From Thermoplasmatota archaeon (GTDB taxonomy: Archaea; Thermoplasmatota; Thermoplasmata; UBA10834), in the NCBI GenBank assembly GCA_018818785.1, contig JAHIRF010000005.1, positions 275,513 to 339,512 on the forward strand: DNA of 64,000 bases, read 5' to 3'. Positions 46,830 through 56,582 of the stretch are shown piece after piece (the stretch's first letter is position 1; each line of letters starts with the position of its first letter). The position numbers and the translations under genes were made by a program. The notes below the pieces were generated by a model. The model was not told the origin of the DNA, made no database searches, and was given only the letters and a program-made list of their open reading frames with translations.

Positions 46830-49010
46830 ATGAGGCTGACCATTTCGATATGCGTGTTGTTGGCTCTGGTGATAATGCTCACAGGCCCTTCGCAGCCGAT
46901 CCTGTCTGGATCGCACATGCAATCCGTCTCCTCAACAGCTTCCATATCCATACTTCCTGGTTCGACGGACCTTATCATCGAGGTGGCCGGGCCAGACGTG
47001 TTCGACGAAGTCTCGGACATCGTGATCGGCACGGGCTCGACCATCACCTTCTCGAGCAGGGACACTGGAATACTGTCGTTCACGGCTGCCACGGACGCAG
47101 AATCGATCGCCAGGTCGCTCTCGTCGATTCCAGGCGTCGTGAGCGTATCTTCCGAGGTGAGGGCGAGCCTATCGTTCTTGCCTGACGATCCGGGACTGGA
47201 ATACCAATGGGGTCTGGACACGATCGATGCATATGCTGCCTGGGACATCACCGTCGGCGACGAGGAGACGATAGTCGCGGTCCTGGACACGGGCATCGAC
47301 TGGAACCATCCCGACCTTGTTGCGAACATCTGGACGAATGCTCAGGGCTATCATGGGTACAATTTCATCGACGACAACTGGTTCCCTATGGATGACAACA
47401 TAAACGGCTATGATGACAATGGGGACTTCGTATCGAACATCTACACATATCACGGCACGCACGTGGCCGGCATCATGGGTGCCACCATCGACAACGCGAT
47501 AGGGGTCGCGGGTATCGCTCAGGTCAAATTGATGGCCGTCAAGGTCATGAACGATTCTGGCGAGGGCACCGATTCAACCGTCTCGAGCGGAGTCAGGTGG
47601 GCGGTCGACAATGGCGCTCGGGTGATCGTGATGAGCCTCGGGTTGGATGGTCTATCCGCACCCCTCCAGAACGCGGTCAACTATGCCACCAGTCGAGGCG
47701 TGGTCCTCGTAGCGTCCGCAGGCAACAGCGGCACGAGCGTGCTGAGCTATCCCGCGGCGTTCCCGAATGTGATCTCGGTCGGGGCATCGGACAATCTCGA
47801 TAGACGAGCGTCCTTCAGCAACTTCGGTGTGAACCTCGACGTCATGGCACCAGGTGTGAGCATATATTCCACACAAGGTGGGGGCAGCTACCAGTCGCTT
47901 TCAGGTACGTCCGCTGCCGCCCCTCATGTCGCTGCTATTGCCGCCTTGATGCTCACACTGAACCCCGCGCTCACCACGGCCGAGGTCGGTGACATCATCA
48001 ACTCGACCACCACGGATATTTCGATAAATGGATATGACACACAGACCGGATGGGGCATAGTCAATGCATTCCGCGCCGTCGAATCTGTCGCGGACCCCAC
48101 GGTCACCATAACGGAGTTTCCTGAGAGCGTGGGCCTCAACGCGACCTTCTCTGTCTCATGGATGGTAAGCGGCGGAGACCCAGGCGACATAGAGTCGACA
48201 TACCTCACTTGGGGGTATTCGGAGACCGAACTCACCTATCAATCCGACATCTTCTCGGGCATGACATGGGCCGAGTTCTCGATAGCCGGCATACCATCTC
48301 TTCCGACCAATGGCACGGTCTATCTCAAGGCCTACGCGGTTGTCGACGGGTTCGAATGCGAATCCGATCTGGAGGCAGTCATCGTGACGGAATCCATCGG
48401 CGATAACCTTTTCATGCAGTTCTTCACGGATCTCCAGAACTTCATATTCAACGACCTCGGTCTCATCAACTTCCTTCTTCTGATGTGTGTGCTCATAGCG
48501 ATCCCCGTCATCGTGGTCGTGGCAAGGCCGAAGAAGCGCAAGGTGCAGGCACAGACCATTGCGACGGTTCCCGCACCTGGCAGGCTGGAACATTACCAGC
48601 CCGTGACGGGAGTGCACCACCTACCACCGCCACCACCGCCACCGCCTCGTTTCGAGGCGTACGTGGACATCGTGGGCAACAACATCGTACCGGAAGTGGT
48701 CAAGGTGGTCGAGGGGACCAAGGTCGTTTGGGTGAACCGTACTTGGGCCGCTCCTCCAGGCGTCGGCATAAGGTCCGGCACATTCGATACATCGGGCGAG
48801 CATCCGGACGGACTGTTCCAGAGCGGCCTGCTCATCGCGCCGGGGGATTACTGGAGCTGCACGTTCCACAGGTCCGGCGTGTACCAGTATTATCTGACCT
48901 CTGTTTGGTTCAAGGCGAAGATCATCGTCGAGCCGCACAAGGGCAGCAACGGACCGCAACCATCGACGAGCTCGGCGCCCGCGACGCAGAAGAGATCTCC
49001 GGGAAGCTGA
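46830..49010 (+). CDS. Subtilisin-like serine protease (S8) with internal TM segment and a C-terminal cupredoxin-like domain
   Basis: Catalytic triad motifs VAVLDTGID, HGTHVAGI and GTSAAAPHVAAIAAL; a signal peptide; a TM at about residue 555; and a C-terminal ~120 aa resembling pseudoazurin/plastocyanin topology (VKVVEGTKVVWVNR...GDYWSCTFHRSG). Confidence 0.75.
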   Translation: MRLTISICVLLALVIMLTGPSQPILSGSHMQSVSSTASISILPGSTDLIIEVAGPDVFDEVSDIVIGTGSTITFSSRDTGILSFTAATDAESIARSLSSIPGVVSVSSEVRASLSFLPDDPGLEYQWGLDTIDAYAAWDITVGDEETIVAVLDTGIDWNHPDLVANIWTNAQGYHGYNFIDDNWFPMDDNINGYDDNGDFVSNIYTYHGTHVAGIMGATIDNAIGVAGIAQVKLMAVKVMNDSGEGTDSTVSSGVRWAVDNGARVIVMSLGLDGLSAPLQNAVNYATSRGVVLVASAGNSGTSVLSYPAAFPNVISVGASDNLDRRASFSNFGVNLDVMAPGVSIYSTQGGGSYQSLSGTSAAAPHVAAIAALMLTLNPALTTAEVGDIINSTTTDISINGYDTQTGWGIVNAFRAVESVADPTVTITEFPESVGLNATFSVSWMVSGGDPGDIESTYLTWGYSETELTYQSDIFSGMTWAEFSIAGIPSLPTNGTVYLKAYAVVDGFECESDLEAVIVTESIGDNLFMQFFTDLQNFIFNDLGLINFLLLMCVLIAIPVIVVVARPKKRKVQAQTIATVPAPGRLEHYQPVTGVHHLPPPPPPPPRFEAYVDIVGNNIVPEVVKVVEGTKVVWVNRTWAAPPGVGIRSGTFDTSGEHPDGLFQSGLLIAPGDYWSCTFHRSGVYQYYLTSVWFKAKIIVEPHKGSNGPQPSTSSAPATQKRSPGS

Positions 49011-49239
49011 TGCGCATCCCCCATCATATTATCGAGTTCAGAATCCAGAAGTGTTTTGTTTTCGGGTTTTATGGGATATGGGGAAGCGAGTCCGGCCAAG
49101 CGGAGATCGAGAGGATTCATAACACGCGTTCGGACCACCACGAGGGCGTTCACACCCTTCGCCAGCGCGTCTCGCTGCGGTCACTCCAGCGCATCAATCT
49201 TCCTCTTCTTCGCTTGGTTGCGGACCCGACTTCATTTGT

Positions 49240-50133
49240 TTAATTCTCGGACTGACCCTTTCCCTTGGGTTCATCTGCGGGATCATCTGAGCTGCTGTCA
49301 TCTTCCGAAGGGCCGGCGTTGTCATTGCCCTCTCCCTTGTCGTCGTCACAGTCGCTGTCCACAGTCTGTTCGAGCGGTGTCTCCAGCTCGACTGCCTGGG
49401 CCTTCTCCTTCTTCATCTCAGGCTCGTTGGCCTCCACCTGCTGCTGTGGTTCCTGTGCAGCCAGCTGCTCGTTCTTGCATCCCTCGTTTGAACCCTTGTC
49501 CTCGGCCTTGGCATCTAGAGACGCGTCAGCTGCGGACTCGTGGTCCTCTGAGTGCTGACTCTGGATCTGGGTGTTCTCACCATGGTTCCTCTCCCTGTGG
49601 CGGTAGCAGTGTCCGTTCTGTTCTCCGTTGCCTTCCTGCTCATCGTCATCCTGATCCTCGTCGTCATCATCGCCCTGATCCTCATCGTCATCGTTCTGGT
49701 CCTCATCCGAGTCACCCTCGTCATCATCGTTGGTGGTCTGATCATCATCAGTACCATCATCAGATGAATCGTCGTCAGAAGTATCATCTGAACCATCAGA
49801 TGTGCCATCATCGCTGCCATCGTCCGATGAGCCATCGTCGGTCGGGGTCGTATCATCCGTATTGTCGTCGGGTGATTGTTCATCTTCTGGCGGGATATCT
49901 GCCGAGATATCGGGCTTGTCATTGCCTCCTATCAACGCCACTATCAGAACTGTCGCGATAATGAGTATCGCTGCCACAGCCGCCGAAGTGAGCAATCTCT
50001 TGCTAATTCTTATCGTTCTCACCTCCCATTGCTCCGCAACCCTTATGAGCCTACATGCGTCATCGGTGAATCTATTATTTAATGCATTTGTGTCTGACGG
50101 AGGTTCCTGGCATCGGCCGTCGCTGTCAGACAC
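49240..50133 (-). CDS. Membrane-anchored, extremely acidic low-complexity protein (D/S/T/E-rich)
   Basis: A single TM helix (AVAAILIIATVLIVALIGG) followed by about 200 aa that is mostly D, S, T, E, G and N; the reality of the ORF is uncertain. Confidence 0.4.
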   Translation of the reverse strand: MSDSDGRCQEPPSDTNALNNRFTDDACRLIRVAEQWEVRTIRISKRLLTSAAVAAILIIATVLIVALIGGNDKPDISADIPPEDEQSPDDNTDDTTPTDDGSSDDGSDDGTSDGSDDTSDDDSSDDGTDDDQTTNDDDEGDSDEDQNDDDEDQGDDDDEDQDDDEQEGNGEQNGHCYRHRERNHGENTQIQSQHSEDHESAADASLDAKAEDKGSNEGCKNEQLAAQEPQQQVEANEPEMKKEKAQAVELETPLEQTVDSDCDDDKGEGNDNAGPSEDDSSSDDPADEPKGKGQSEN

Positions 50134-50202
50134 GGCCTGTTTTAGGCTCCTCGCTCGGCATCCCTCGACTCGCCTGATTACATAGTAATCACGCGTGACA
50201 TC

Positions 50203-51735
50203 TCAAGGGATCTCGGGTAGCGGTGTGCCACCTAGACACTCGACAACGCTCGCATAACCCGTGTATAGAAGTGTGATTCCACCATCGCTAAGGTGCCCGC
50301 TCATGAACAGACCGTGCAACTGATTGTAGAAGTCATCCATGGTCTCCAGGCACAACACTATGTCCCCTGCGTCCAGGGCATATTGCGCGACGATCAACTT
50401 GGCAATGAGTCCGTTCTCCGAATGTCCTCTCAGCTCGGAAGCGACCGAGAGGACGAGTGGCACCAGGTCGATCGGCCGGCATGGTTCGGTCACAGGCGGC
50501 TCCACCTGCGTCTCCACGAGGATCTCCACTGACGAGAGCGGGACCTCTCCGGACCTCCCGCCAATCACGCACACTGAACCATCGGTCATCATGACCGCTC
50601 CGTGTGCGCCCCTGTCCTTGATCATGTCCGCACTCGCGGTCCATACCATGTTCTTCACGCAGAACATCTCGGTCGTGTCCGTGCTTCCTCCGGAACTCGA
50701 TGATCCTGCGGCGATCAACTTCCCATCGGACAGGCCTGTCAGAGAGAACCGCATCCTGGGCTGGGTCATATCTCCGGCAGATGTCCATGAGTTGGAAGTG
50801 GGGTCGTAGATCTCTGCAGATGACATGACCACGCCATCGTCCATGCCCCCTGCCACGACGATCCTTCCATCCTCCAGCTCTGCAGCGGCGAACTCGTATC
50901 TGCCGCACCCCATCGGAACCGCATCCGCCCAAACGCCTGTCGCTGGATCGAACATCTCGCTGGTCCCGACGATATCTCCGCCCACCGCCAATACATCCCC
51001 GCTCGCGAGCAAGTGCATCGTGAACAGCATCCTGGTGTGCTGCATCGATCCTGCAGGCTCGAACGAATGTGTCGATGGGTTGTACGCCTCAGCCTGGTAC
51101 CATGTCCCTGATGTCCAGTCTGTGCCGCCACTGATGAGGACCCTGCCATCTGGAAGTGGCGAGGCGGCGTGACCCGACCTCGCGAAATACATGGACCCTA
51201 CCGGGAGAGCGCCCCCGCGCACGACATCTATTATCTCCGCAGAGGCGACCGTCCCTTTTCCGGACTCTCCTCCCGTCACTAGTACGGTACCGTCGTCCAG
51301 CAATGTGGCCGTATGCCCGACGCGTGCGGAGTTCATGGTTGGTCCGGGCTTCCAGACGAGAGCCTCGGAATCGAATATCTCCGTGGTCGCAGTGGGACCG
51401 TTCGTGGATATCCCACCTATGACGAGTATGTCCCCGCTCGTGAGAATGAGCGCCACCGGTGAGGCCCTAGGGAGTATCATCGAACTGGCACTGGACCATT
51501 CGTAGACGACGGATGGTTCGGATGCGCCCTGAGTCATCGATAGTATCGGCATCAATGAGGCGCTGAAGCTCGTTGAAAGCACCAACAGAACTGCGACTAA
51601 CGACGTCCACGAACCTCTGAGTTCTCCACTCCCAGAGAGTGCATCCACTAAACTCTCTCCCCCTTTTCTTGACAGGATGCTGCGAAAACCACTCCCCCGA
51701 GCAGCGCGCGACCCCTGTCTGATCTCTTTGTCCAA
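50203..51735 (-). CDS. Kelch-repeat beta-propeller protein, N-terminal signal/TM
   Basis: Repeated Kelch-like blades (GDILVIGG..., VLVTGG..., RVLISGG..., GDVLAVGG..., GRIVVAGG..., GKLIAAG..., GSVCVIGG). Confidence 0.65.
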   Translation of the reverse strand: MDKEIRQGSRAARGSGFRSILSRKGGESLVDALSGSGELRGSWTSLVAVLLVLSTSFSASLMPILSMTQGASEPSVVYEWSSASSMILPRASPVALILTSGDILVIGGISTNGPTATTEIFDSEALVWKPGPTMNSARVGHTATLLDDGTVLVTGGESGKGTVASAEIIDVVRGGALPVGSMYFARSGHAASPLPDGRVLISGGTDWTSGTWYQAEAYNPSTHSFEPAGSMQHTRMLFTMHLLASGDVLAVGGDIVGTSEMFDPATGVWADAVPMGCGRYEFAAAELEDGRIVVAGGMDDGVVMSSAEIYDPTSNSWTSAGDMTQPRMRFSLTGLSDGKLIAAGSSSSGGSTDTTEMFCVKNMVWTASADMIKDRGAHGAVMMTDGSVCVIGGRSGEVPLSSVEILVETQVEPPVTEPCRPIDLVPLVLSVASELRGHSENGLIAKLIVAQYALDAGDIVLCLETMDDFYNQLHGLFMSGHLSDGGITLLYTGYASVVECLGGTPLPEIP

Positions 51736-51832
51736 GTGTCGGAAGACCGTTCCTTATTAAGGTTTTTTGGGTACTGACTCCCCCTCGGTCAGTACGGATG
51801 TCTAGATGGGGACGTTGGGTCGCGGAGAGCAT

Positions 51833-53053
51833 CTATGCCTGCGCTTCCGCCCTCTCTTCCTCGACATCGCTATCGAAGGGTTCGTACGGCTCGACGACCT
51901 TCGCCGACCTTTCCATGAGCGCCAACTCCCTCATGTTCAACACGCGTGGGTCTATCACCAAAACGATGGCGCAGTCATGGGTGAGGACGAAATCATGCAG
52001 ATGGTTCACGAACCTGAGCACGGTCTCGAAATCGTTCTGGGTAATCATGTACTCTAGCCCTTCGATCATCACCACGGCCTTCGTGTGGGCCTCAGCGAAT
52101 TTGGTTATCAGGAGCGTCACGAGGCTCAGCTCTGTTGGATCGACATGGTCCTTGCCTGCCCTGCGTGTGAGCCACAGCATCTTCTCGGCCTGGAACTGGA
52201 TGACCTTTCTCAGCCTGTCCGGATGCTCCCTCACGACCAGCATTCCCTTGGCCCCGTGTTCGACGGCCTCGTTGTACATCGTGATCGAGATGGCTGGCCT
52301 CTTCTCCTTCACGAGATAGATGAAACCTTTCTCGATCGGGAAGTGTTCTCCAGGGACCGGATGTATCGTAGGGAACGCTCCATCGGGCGTGATGGTGTGC
52401 GCGATGGACGCTGCCTTCGCTTCCTGATATCTGTCGGCTCCTCCGCTCCGTCTGTGATACATGACCGCACCGAGCGCGCCGATCGATAGGACGACCGCGA
52501 AGAACGCGAGATATGGTACGTAGTCGACAACGACTCGAGGATCGTCTGCGGCCAGTTGAGTGGCCACATCGAAGTCACCGTAGGTCGTGCCCACGCCCCA
52601 TGTATAAGTTATGTTGCCCCAGGCCGTGTGGACCAGGTATGTGAGTTTGAAGTAGTAGCTGTAGCTCTGATCCAGCGCGTTCTCGGGCACGCAGAAATCC
52701 ACCGTATAAGTGCCGACTCCGACGCCATCAGGAGCGAGCCATTCAGACGAGTTCGATACATCGGTCCACGCGAACTCGTTAGGCGCCATCCAGGATAAGT
52801 GGATCGACACGTTCTGTACCTTGACCATATAGGCGAGTTCGTCGTAGACATAGTCCCCGGACGGCATCGCGTTGACCACCATCACCTCGGCATCGAGCAC
52901 ATCACCGGGACAGTAATACGATCTTCCAGGGACGAAAGTGAAGCTCACATCTACCGCGTCGGCTGCCATCACGCCCACTGGTACACAGCAGAATGCGCTG
53001 ATCAACAACGGAATCAAGACGCTCGATAAGACGAGCCTCGATCTATAGCCCAT
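51833..53053 (-). CDS. Membrane protein with extracellular N-domain, one TM and cytoplasmic DUF835 (inactive KaiC-like) domain
   Basis: Signal peptide, mid-protein TM (LAFFAVVLSIGALGAVMY), and a C-terminal region with the DUF835 character. Confidence 0.55.
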   Translation of the reverse strand: MGYRSRLVLSSVLIPLLISAFCCVPVGVMAADAVDVSFTFVPGRSYYCPGDVLDAEVMVVNAMPSGDYVYDELAYMVKVQNVSIHLSWMAPNEFAWTDVSNSSEWLAPDGVGVGTYTVDFCVPENALDQSYSYYFKLTYLVHTAWGNITYTWGVGTTYGDFDVATQLAADDPRVVVDYVPYLAFFAVVLSIGALGAVMYHRRSGGADRYQEAKAASIAHTITPDGAFPTIHPVPGEHFPIEKGFIYLVKEKRPAISITMYNEAVEHGAKGMLVVREHPDRLRKVIQFQAEKMLWLTRRAGKDHVDPTELSLVTLLITKFAEAHTKAVVMIEGLEYMITQNDFETVLRFVNHLHDFVLTHDCAIVLVIDPRVLNMRELALMERSAKVVEPYEPFDSDVEEERAEAQA

Positions 53054-53140
53054 CTCCCTTCCCCGAGGCCACGCGGCCCCGTTACCTCTATCTCCGCGGT
53101 TCTACATAACAATTCGCAGTCAGTATGGTGCTAAACGTCG

Positions 53141-53590
53141 CTATACGAGCACTCTCTTCTCGTCCTTCGTGATGTTGAGGACGACCTGCGTGTAAGTCCT
53201 GTCGACGTTCTCATGGTCCAGGACATTCTTGACGAAGGAGTTCAGCTCGGTCCTGCTCTTGAACCGGGCCATGACGATGGCGTCCCATTCGCCGGTGGAA
53301 TCGAACACAGCGAACACCCCAGGTCCTTTGGCCAGGTCCTTCTCGGTGTCCACGATCTTGCCATGGATGACCTTGATACCGATGACCGCCATGATGTCGT
53401 ATCCTAGCTTGGTCGCGTCTATCATCGGCATGTAGCCCTGGATGACGCCTGCACGTTCCATCGCCTTCACCCTGTTCGATACGGTCGTGAGCGAAACCTG
53501 CAGTTCCTTGGCGATGTCCCTGAAGCTCTTCCTCGCATTATTGTTGAGGCTCCTCATGATGTCAATGTCAAGTTCATCGATCTCCATCAT
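53141..53590 (-). CDS. Lrp/AsnC-family transcriptional regulator
   Basis: HTH (DIMRSLNNNARKSFRDIAKELQVSLTTVSNRVKAM) plus a RAM domain. Confidence 0.8.
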   Translation of the reverse strand: MMEIDELDIDIMRSLNNNARKSFRDIAKELQVSLTTVSNRVKAMERAGVIQGYMPMIDATKLGYDIMAVIGIKVIHGKIVDTEKDLAKGPGVFAVFDSTGEWDAIVMARFKSRTELNSFVKNVLDHENVDRTYTQVVLNITKDEKRVLV

Positions 53591-53783
53591 GCCAGCCTCC
53601 TTGCTTTCAGGGACCATTGGATGTGCTCAAGCACTTGCTTTTATAAATAACTTGCATACTTGAGCGAACCGAATGGTCAAAACGCTCGAAATAATGCCGT
53701 AATGTGTTCAACTGTCCAGGATTACTCAAATAAGTTTGATATATGGTCACAGACGTATGGTATCTAGCAGGAGGTCGACAACA

Positions 53784-53921
53784 ATGCCAGGAGAATCTAT
53801 GTGTTATGATGCTCGGATTCGATATTGGGAAGAGGAATGGGTATCTCAGCTCCTAGCAGAAGCCTTGAGGCTCAAGGGTGAGACCCCCTCAGAAGAGACC
53901 CCTGCATCAGACAAGTCATGA
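53784..53921 (+). CDS. Candidate small protein (45 aa) preceded by a strong Shine-Dalgarno-like sequence
   Basis: AGGAGGT lies 8 nt upstream of ATG 53784; MPGESMCYDARIRYWEEEWVSQLLAEALRLKGETPSEETPASDKS. No homology recognised. Confidence 0.2.
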   Translation: MPGESMCYDARIRYWEEEWVSQLLAEALRLKGETPSEETPASDKS

Positions 53922-54052
53922 TGGACCCCTGAGTGGCTGGTCAGGTCTCTCTGAACCGCATGGCATTCATCGCGGTTCAAATTCTAATGCTGTTCCCCTT
54001 ATCAAGTTCGGAATTCAGAAGGCCGGCCCCACTCAGTCACATCTCCAGGCGA

Positions 54053-55339
54053 TCAGGCTTTCTGGACGATCTCTTCGGAACCTTCGTCCCTTATATTCCT
54101 GAAGCAGAAGAAGAAGAACAGAGTGCCTGCCGTGTAGAATATGGCACAGTACAGGAACGGCTCCGTCCTGGTGTAATCGTTGTCCCATACGTAGCCTGCC
54201 ACGACTTCTGATATCAGGAATGCGATCGTCCAGACCAGGGTGGTTATCGCGTAGAACGATGCGCGTATCCGCTCGGTCACGATGTTCATGAGATATGCGT
54301 TCAGCACTGGCATAGGCACCAGCATCAAGAGTGATCTGACCGCATACAGCACGGCCGCTATGAGCAAGTTCGGTGAGTATGGTATCAGCACGAGGAACCC
54401 GATCGATGCGAGCTGGGACACGCTGATGAGCATCACCGCCCCTCTCGTCCGCGCGAGCATCGGGACTATGAAGTATCCTGCGACCAGCATGACGTTCGAG
54501 AGAGTGAGCATGAGTGCGAGATCTGTTTCAGTGGCCCCCATGCCGTCGGAGAAGATGATGGCGATCCATGGCATCACCAGTCCCGCCCCGAACCCGATGA
54601 GCGCGTTCTGGACGGAGAACATGACGAGCTTCTTCTGCATGGGTCGGTCGAAGTCTAGTAGGAGCTTCTCCGGTTTCGTCTTGACCTCTTTGACCCTGAG
54701 CGCATAGAGCACTGGCAAGACCGCGACGAGAGTGGCGGCCGCGTACACATACCTGTACCCCGTGATCAGGTCGGAGCCCAGCAGGCTGCTGAGCAGGTCT
54801 GGCATCATGAACCCTACCATGGTTCCGACCGTCAGACCTATCGTGTTGGAGACGGACTGCATGCCATAGAGGTACTTCAGCTTGGACGGGGTGGCCTTGG
54901 TGGACAACAGCGCGATTATCGAAGGTCCTGTGATGGACCCCGCCATGCTCACAACGATGCTGGCCGCGATGTATATTGGCAGGCTCTTCTCCGCCAGGAA
55001 CATCGCGATCCCGACGACGTCTAAGATGAGACCTATCACCAGCAGGTTCTTCCTGCCGAACTTGTCCGCGAGGAATCCGCTTGCAAGGAGCGTCACGGCG
55101 CTCGATGCGGATCCGACTGCGAACATGAGACCTATCTCGAGGGAAGTGAACCCCAGCTTGTCCCAGTATGTCGATAGGATGTACCATAGGACCGAGCTGG
55201 TGATGCCCATGAACAGGGCGACCTTGATCAACCTTCGTTCGTCCGCTCCGCTGTCTGCATAATAAACGAAGGTCTCTTTCACCCCGCCCTGGCCGATGCG
55301 CGCCAGCCCGCGGATGCCCGTTCCAATCCTGGAAGTCAA
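54053..55339 (-). CDS. MFS transporter
   Basis: 428 aa with 12 TM helices and MFS loop motifs (DKFGRKN). Confidence 0.75.
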   Translation of the reverse strand: MTSRIGTGIRGLARIGQGGVKETFVYYADSGADERRLIKVALFMGITSSVLWYILSTYWDKLGFTSLEIGLMFAVGSASSAVTLLASGFLADKFGRKNLLVIGLILDVVGIAMFLAEKSLPIYIAASIVVSMAGSITGPSIIALLSTKATPSKLKYLYGMQSVSNTIGLTVGTMVGFMMPDLLSSLLGSDLITGYRYVYAAATLVAVLPVLYALRVKEVKTKPEKLLLDFDRPMQKKLVMFSVQNALIGFGAGLVMPWIAIIFSDGMGATETDLALMLTLSNVMLVAGYFIVPMLARTRGAVMLISVSQLASIGFLVLIPYSPNLLIAAVLYAVRSLLMLVPMPVLNAYLMNIVTERIRASFYAITTLVWTIAFLISEVVAGYVWDNDYTRTEPFLYCAIFYTAGTLFFFFCFRNIRDEGSEEIVQKA

Positions 55340-55433
55340 CAGTCGCCCCGGCGGTGAAGCTTTGTGCTCTAATAATTAACTTGCCGTTTCACAATGGATC
55401 GAATTCGGATCACTGGCTCTTATGTGGTGAGAT

Positions 55434-56411
55434 TTGAGCAAAGTTTTATCTTTGAGAGATATCTGTGACTCCATTGTGCAATCCAGAGATGACCGAATTC
55501 GTCTTCCGCAGTCGTTGAGCGACCGACTGCTCAAGAATCGGGAATTGTTGTTCTACTCGACACTTGCGGTGTCATGTGCAGTCGCATTTCTGCCATTTGC
55601 GCGTGAGACTGGCCCCTCGAATTTCTTGATCTATGCACTGCTTCCCATGATATTGGTGTTTGTCAACAGAAGCAAGTTCGAATCCATCCCACTCCCCAGA
55701 AACCTGGACCTTGTGATTGGCGTAGCGTTGATCCCATCGAGTTTCGCGTTCAATTGGCTTTTTGGTTCGGTCACTGGGGATTGGGCGTATGGTCTGACTG
55801 ATTATACGATCTTGGTCGTTGGCATCTTCGCCTTCTACTATCCGATATCCGAGAAGATTGTCCAGCTCGGACTAGTTCTCCTGATATTGCTCAGACTATT
55901 GACTATCGGATTGAGCCATGTCTATTCATCGGGGTTCGTGGTCGTATCTGATTTCATAGTGGGAATCGTCGTCGCCTTCTCAAAAATATTGATCTCAAGC
56001 GACATTACGAGCGGAATGATCCCTGGAGAGATATTCGTGGGCGGAGCTGCAGGATCGACGCCGATATTCATTGGCTGGGCATGCGTCGGCCTGGAGGAGC
56101 TCGTGCTCATCTCGGTGATTCTCTACATATTGATCGATTCCTTTCATCTGCACAGAACAGCGACCATTCTCTGGTTTGCGATTGGGGTCATCGGGTCATT
56201 CCTCGTGAATATCCTGAGGATGGTCATATTGATCTGGGTTGCTTTCAGCCGCGGGATCGGGGATATGCTCTGGGTTCATACCCACATCGGCGATGTTCTA
56301 TTCCTTGTATGGATTGCAATCTTCTGGTGGATATTCTTAGGATTCGCATCACGGGGTCGTCGAATCGATAAGGCCAGCTCACTGGAGGAACGAGATTCCC
56401 TGGTAGAATAA
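55434..56411 (+). CDS. Archaeosortase/exosortase-family transpeptidase (polytopic membrane protein)
   Basis: About 8 TM helices, with candidate catalytic Cys in IGWACVGLEEL, a conserved Arg in NILRMVIL and downstream His residues, which is the exosortase/archaeosortase architecture. Confidence 0.55.
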   Translation: MSKVLSLRDICDSIVQSRDDRIRLPQSLSDRLLKNRELLFYSTLAVSCAVAFLPFARETGPSNFLIYALLPMILVFVNRSKFESIPLPRNLDLVIGVALIPSSFAFNWLFGSVTGDWAYGLTDYTILVVGIFAFYYPISEKIVQLGLVLLILLRLLTIGLSHVYSSGFVVVSDFIVGIVVAFSKILISSDITSGMIPGEIFVGGAAGSTPIFIGWACVGLEELVLISVILYILIDSFHLHRTATILWFAIGVIGSFLVNILRMVILIWVAFSRGIGDMLWVHTHIGDVLFLVWIAIFWWIFLGFASRGRRIDKASSLEERDSLVE

Positions 56412-56582
56412 TACTTATTGATGGACGTCTTGCTTGTGCATGTCGTTTCCTTTAGCGTCAGAGTTCCTACGGGTGCCAGAAATGAATGACAAGGACAGAC
56501 CTTTGATTCTATTCACGACGATGAATGATCTCCCTTTATATTATGGGATTGAAACGAAAGCATACGGAACGAGTGTGCGTTT

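Noticed and set aside
48340-48365. tRNA-like T-loop motif gggttcgaatgcgaatcc, with a similar motif at 9781-9795
   Set aside because: Both lie inside well-supported protein-coding genes (S8 protease; SAM methyltransferase), and no acceptor or anticodon stem context is evident. No tRNA could be supported anywhere in the window.
49560-49900. Short repetitive units in the acidic-protein region considered as a possible CRISPR or tandem-repeat array
   Set aside because: The repeats are irregular GAT/GAC/TCA codon runs of a low-complexity coding tract, not regularly spaced repeats with unique spacers. No CRISPR-like array is present in the window.
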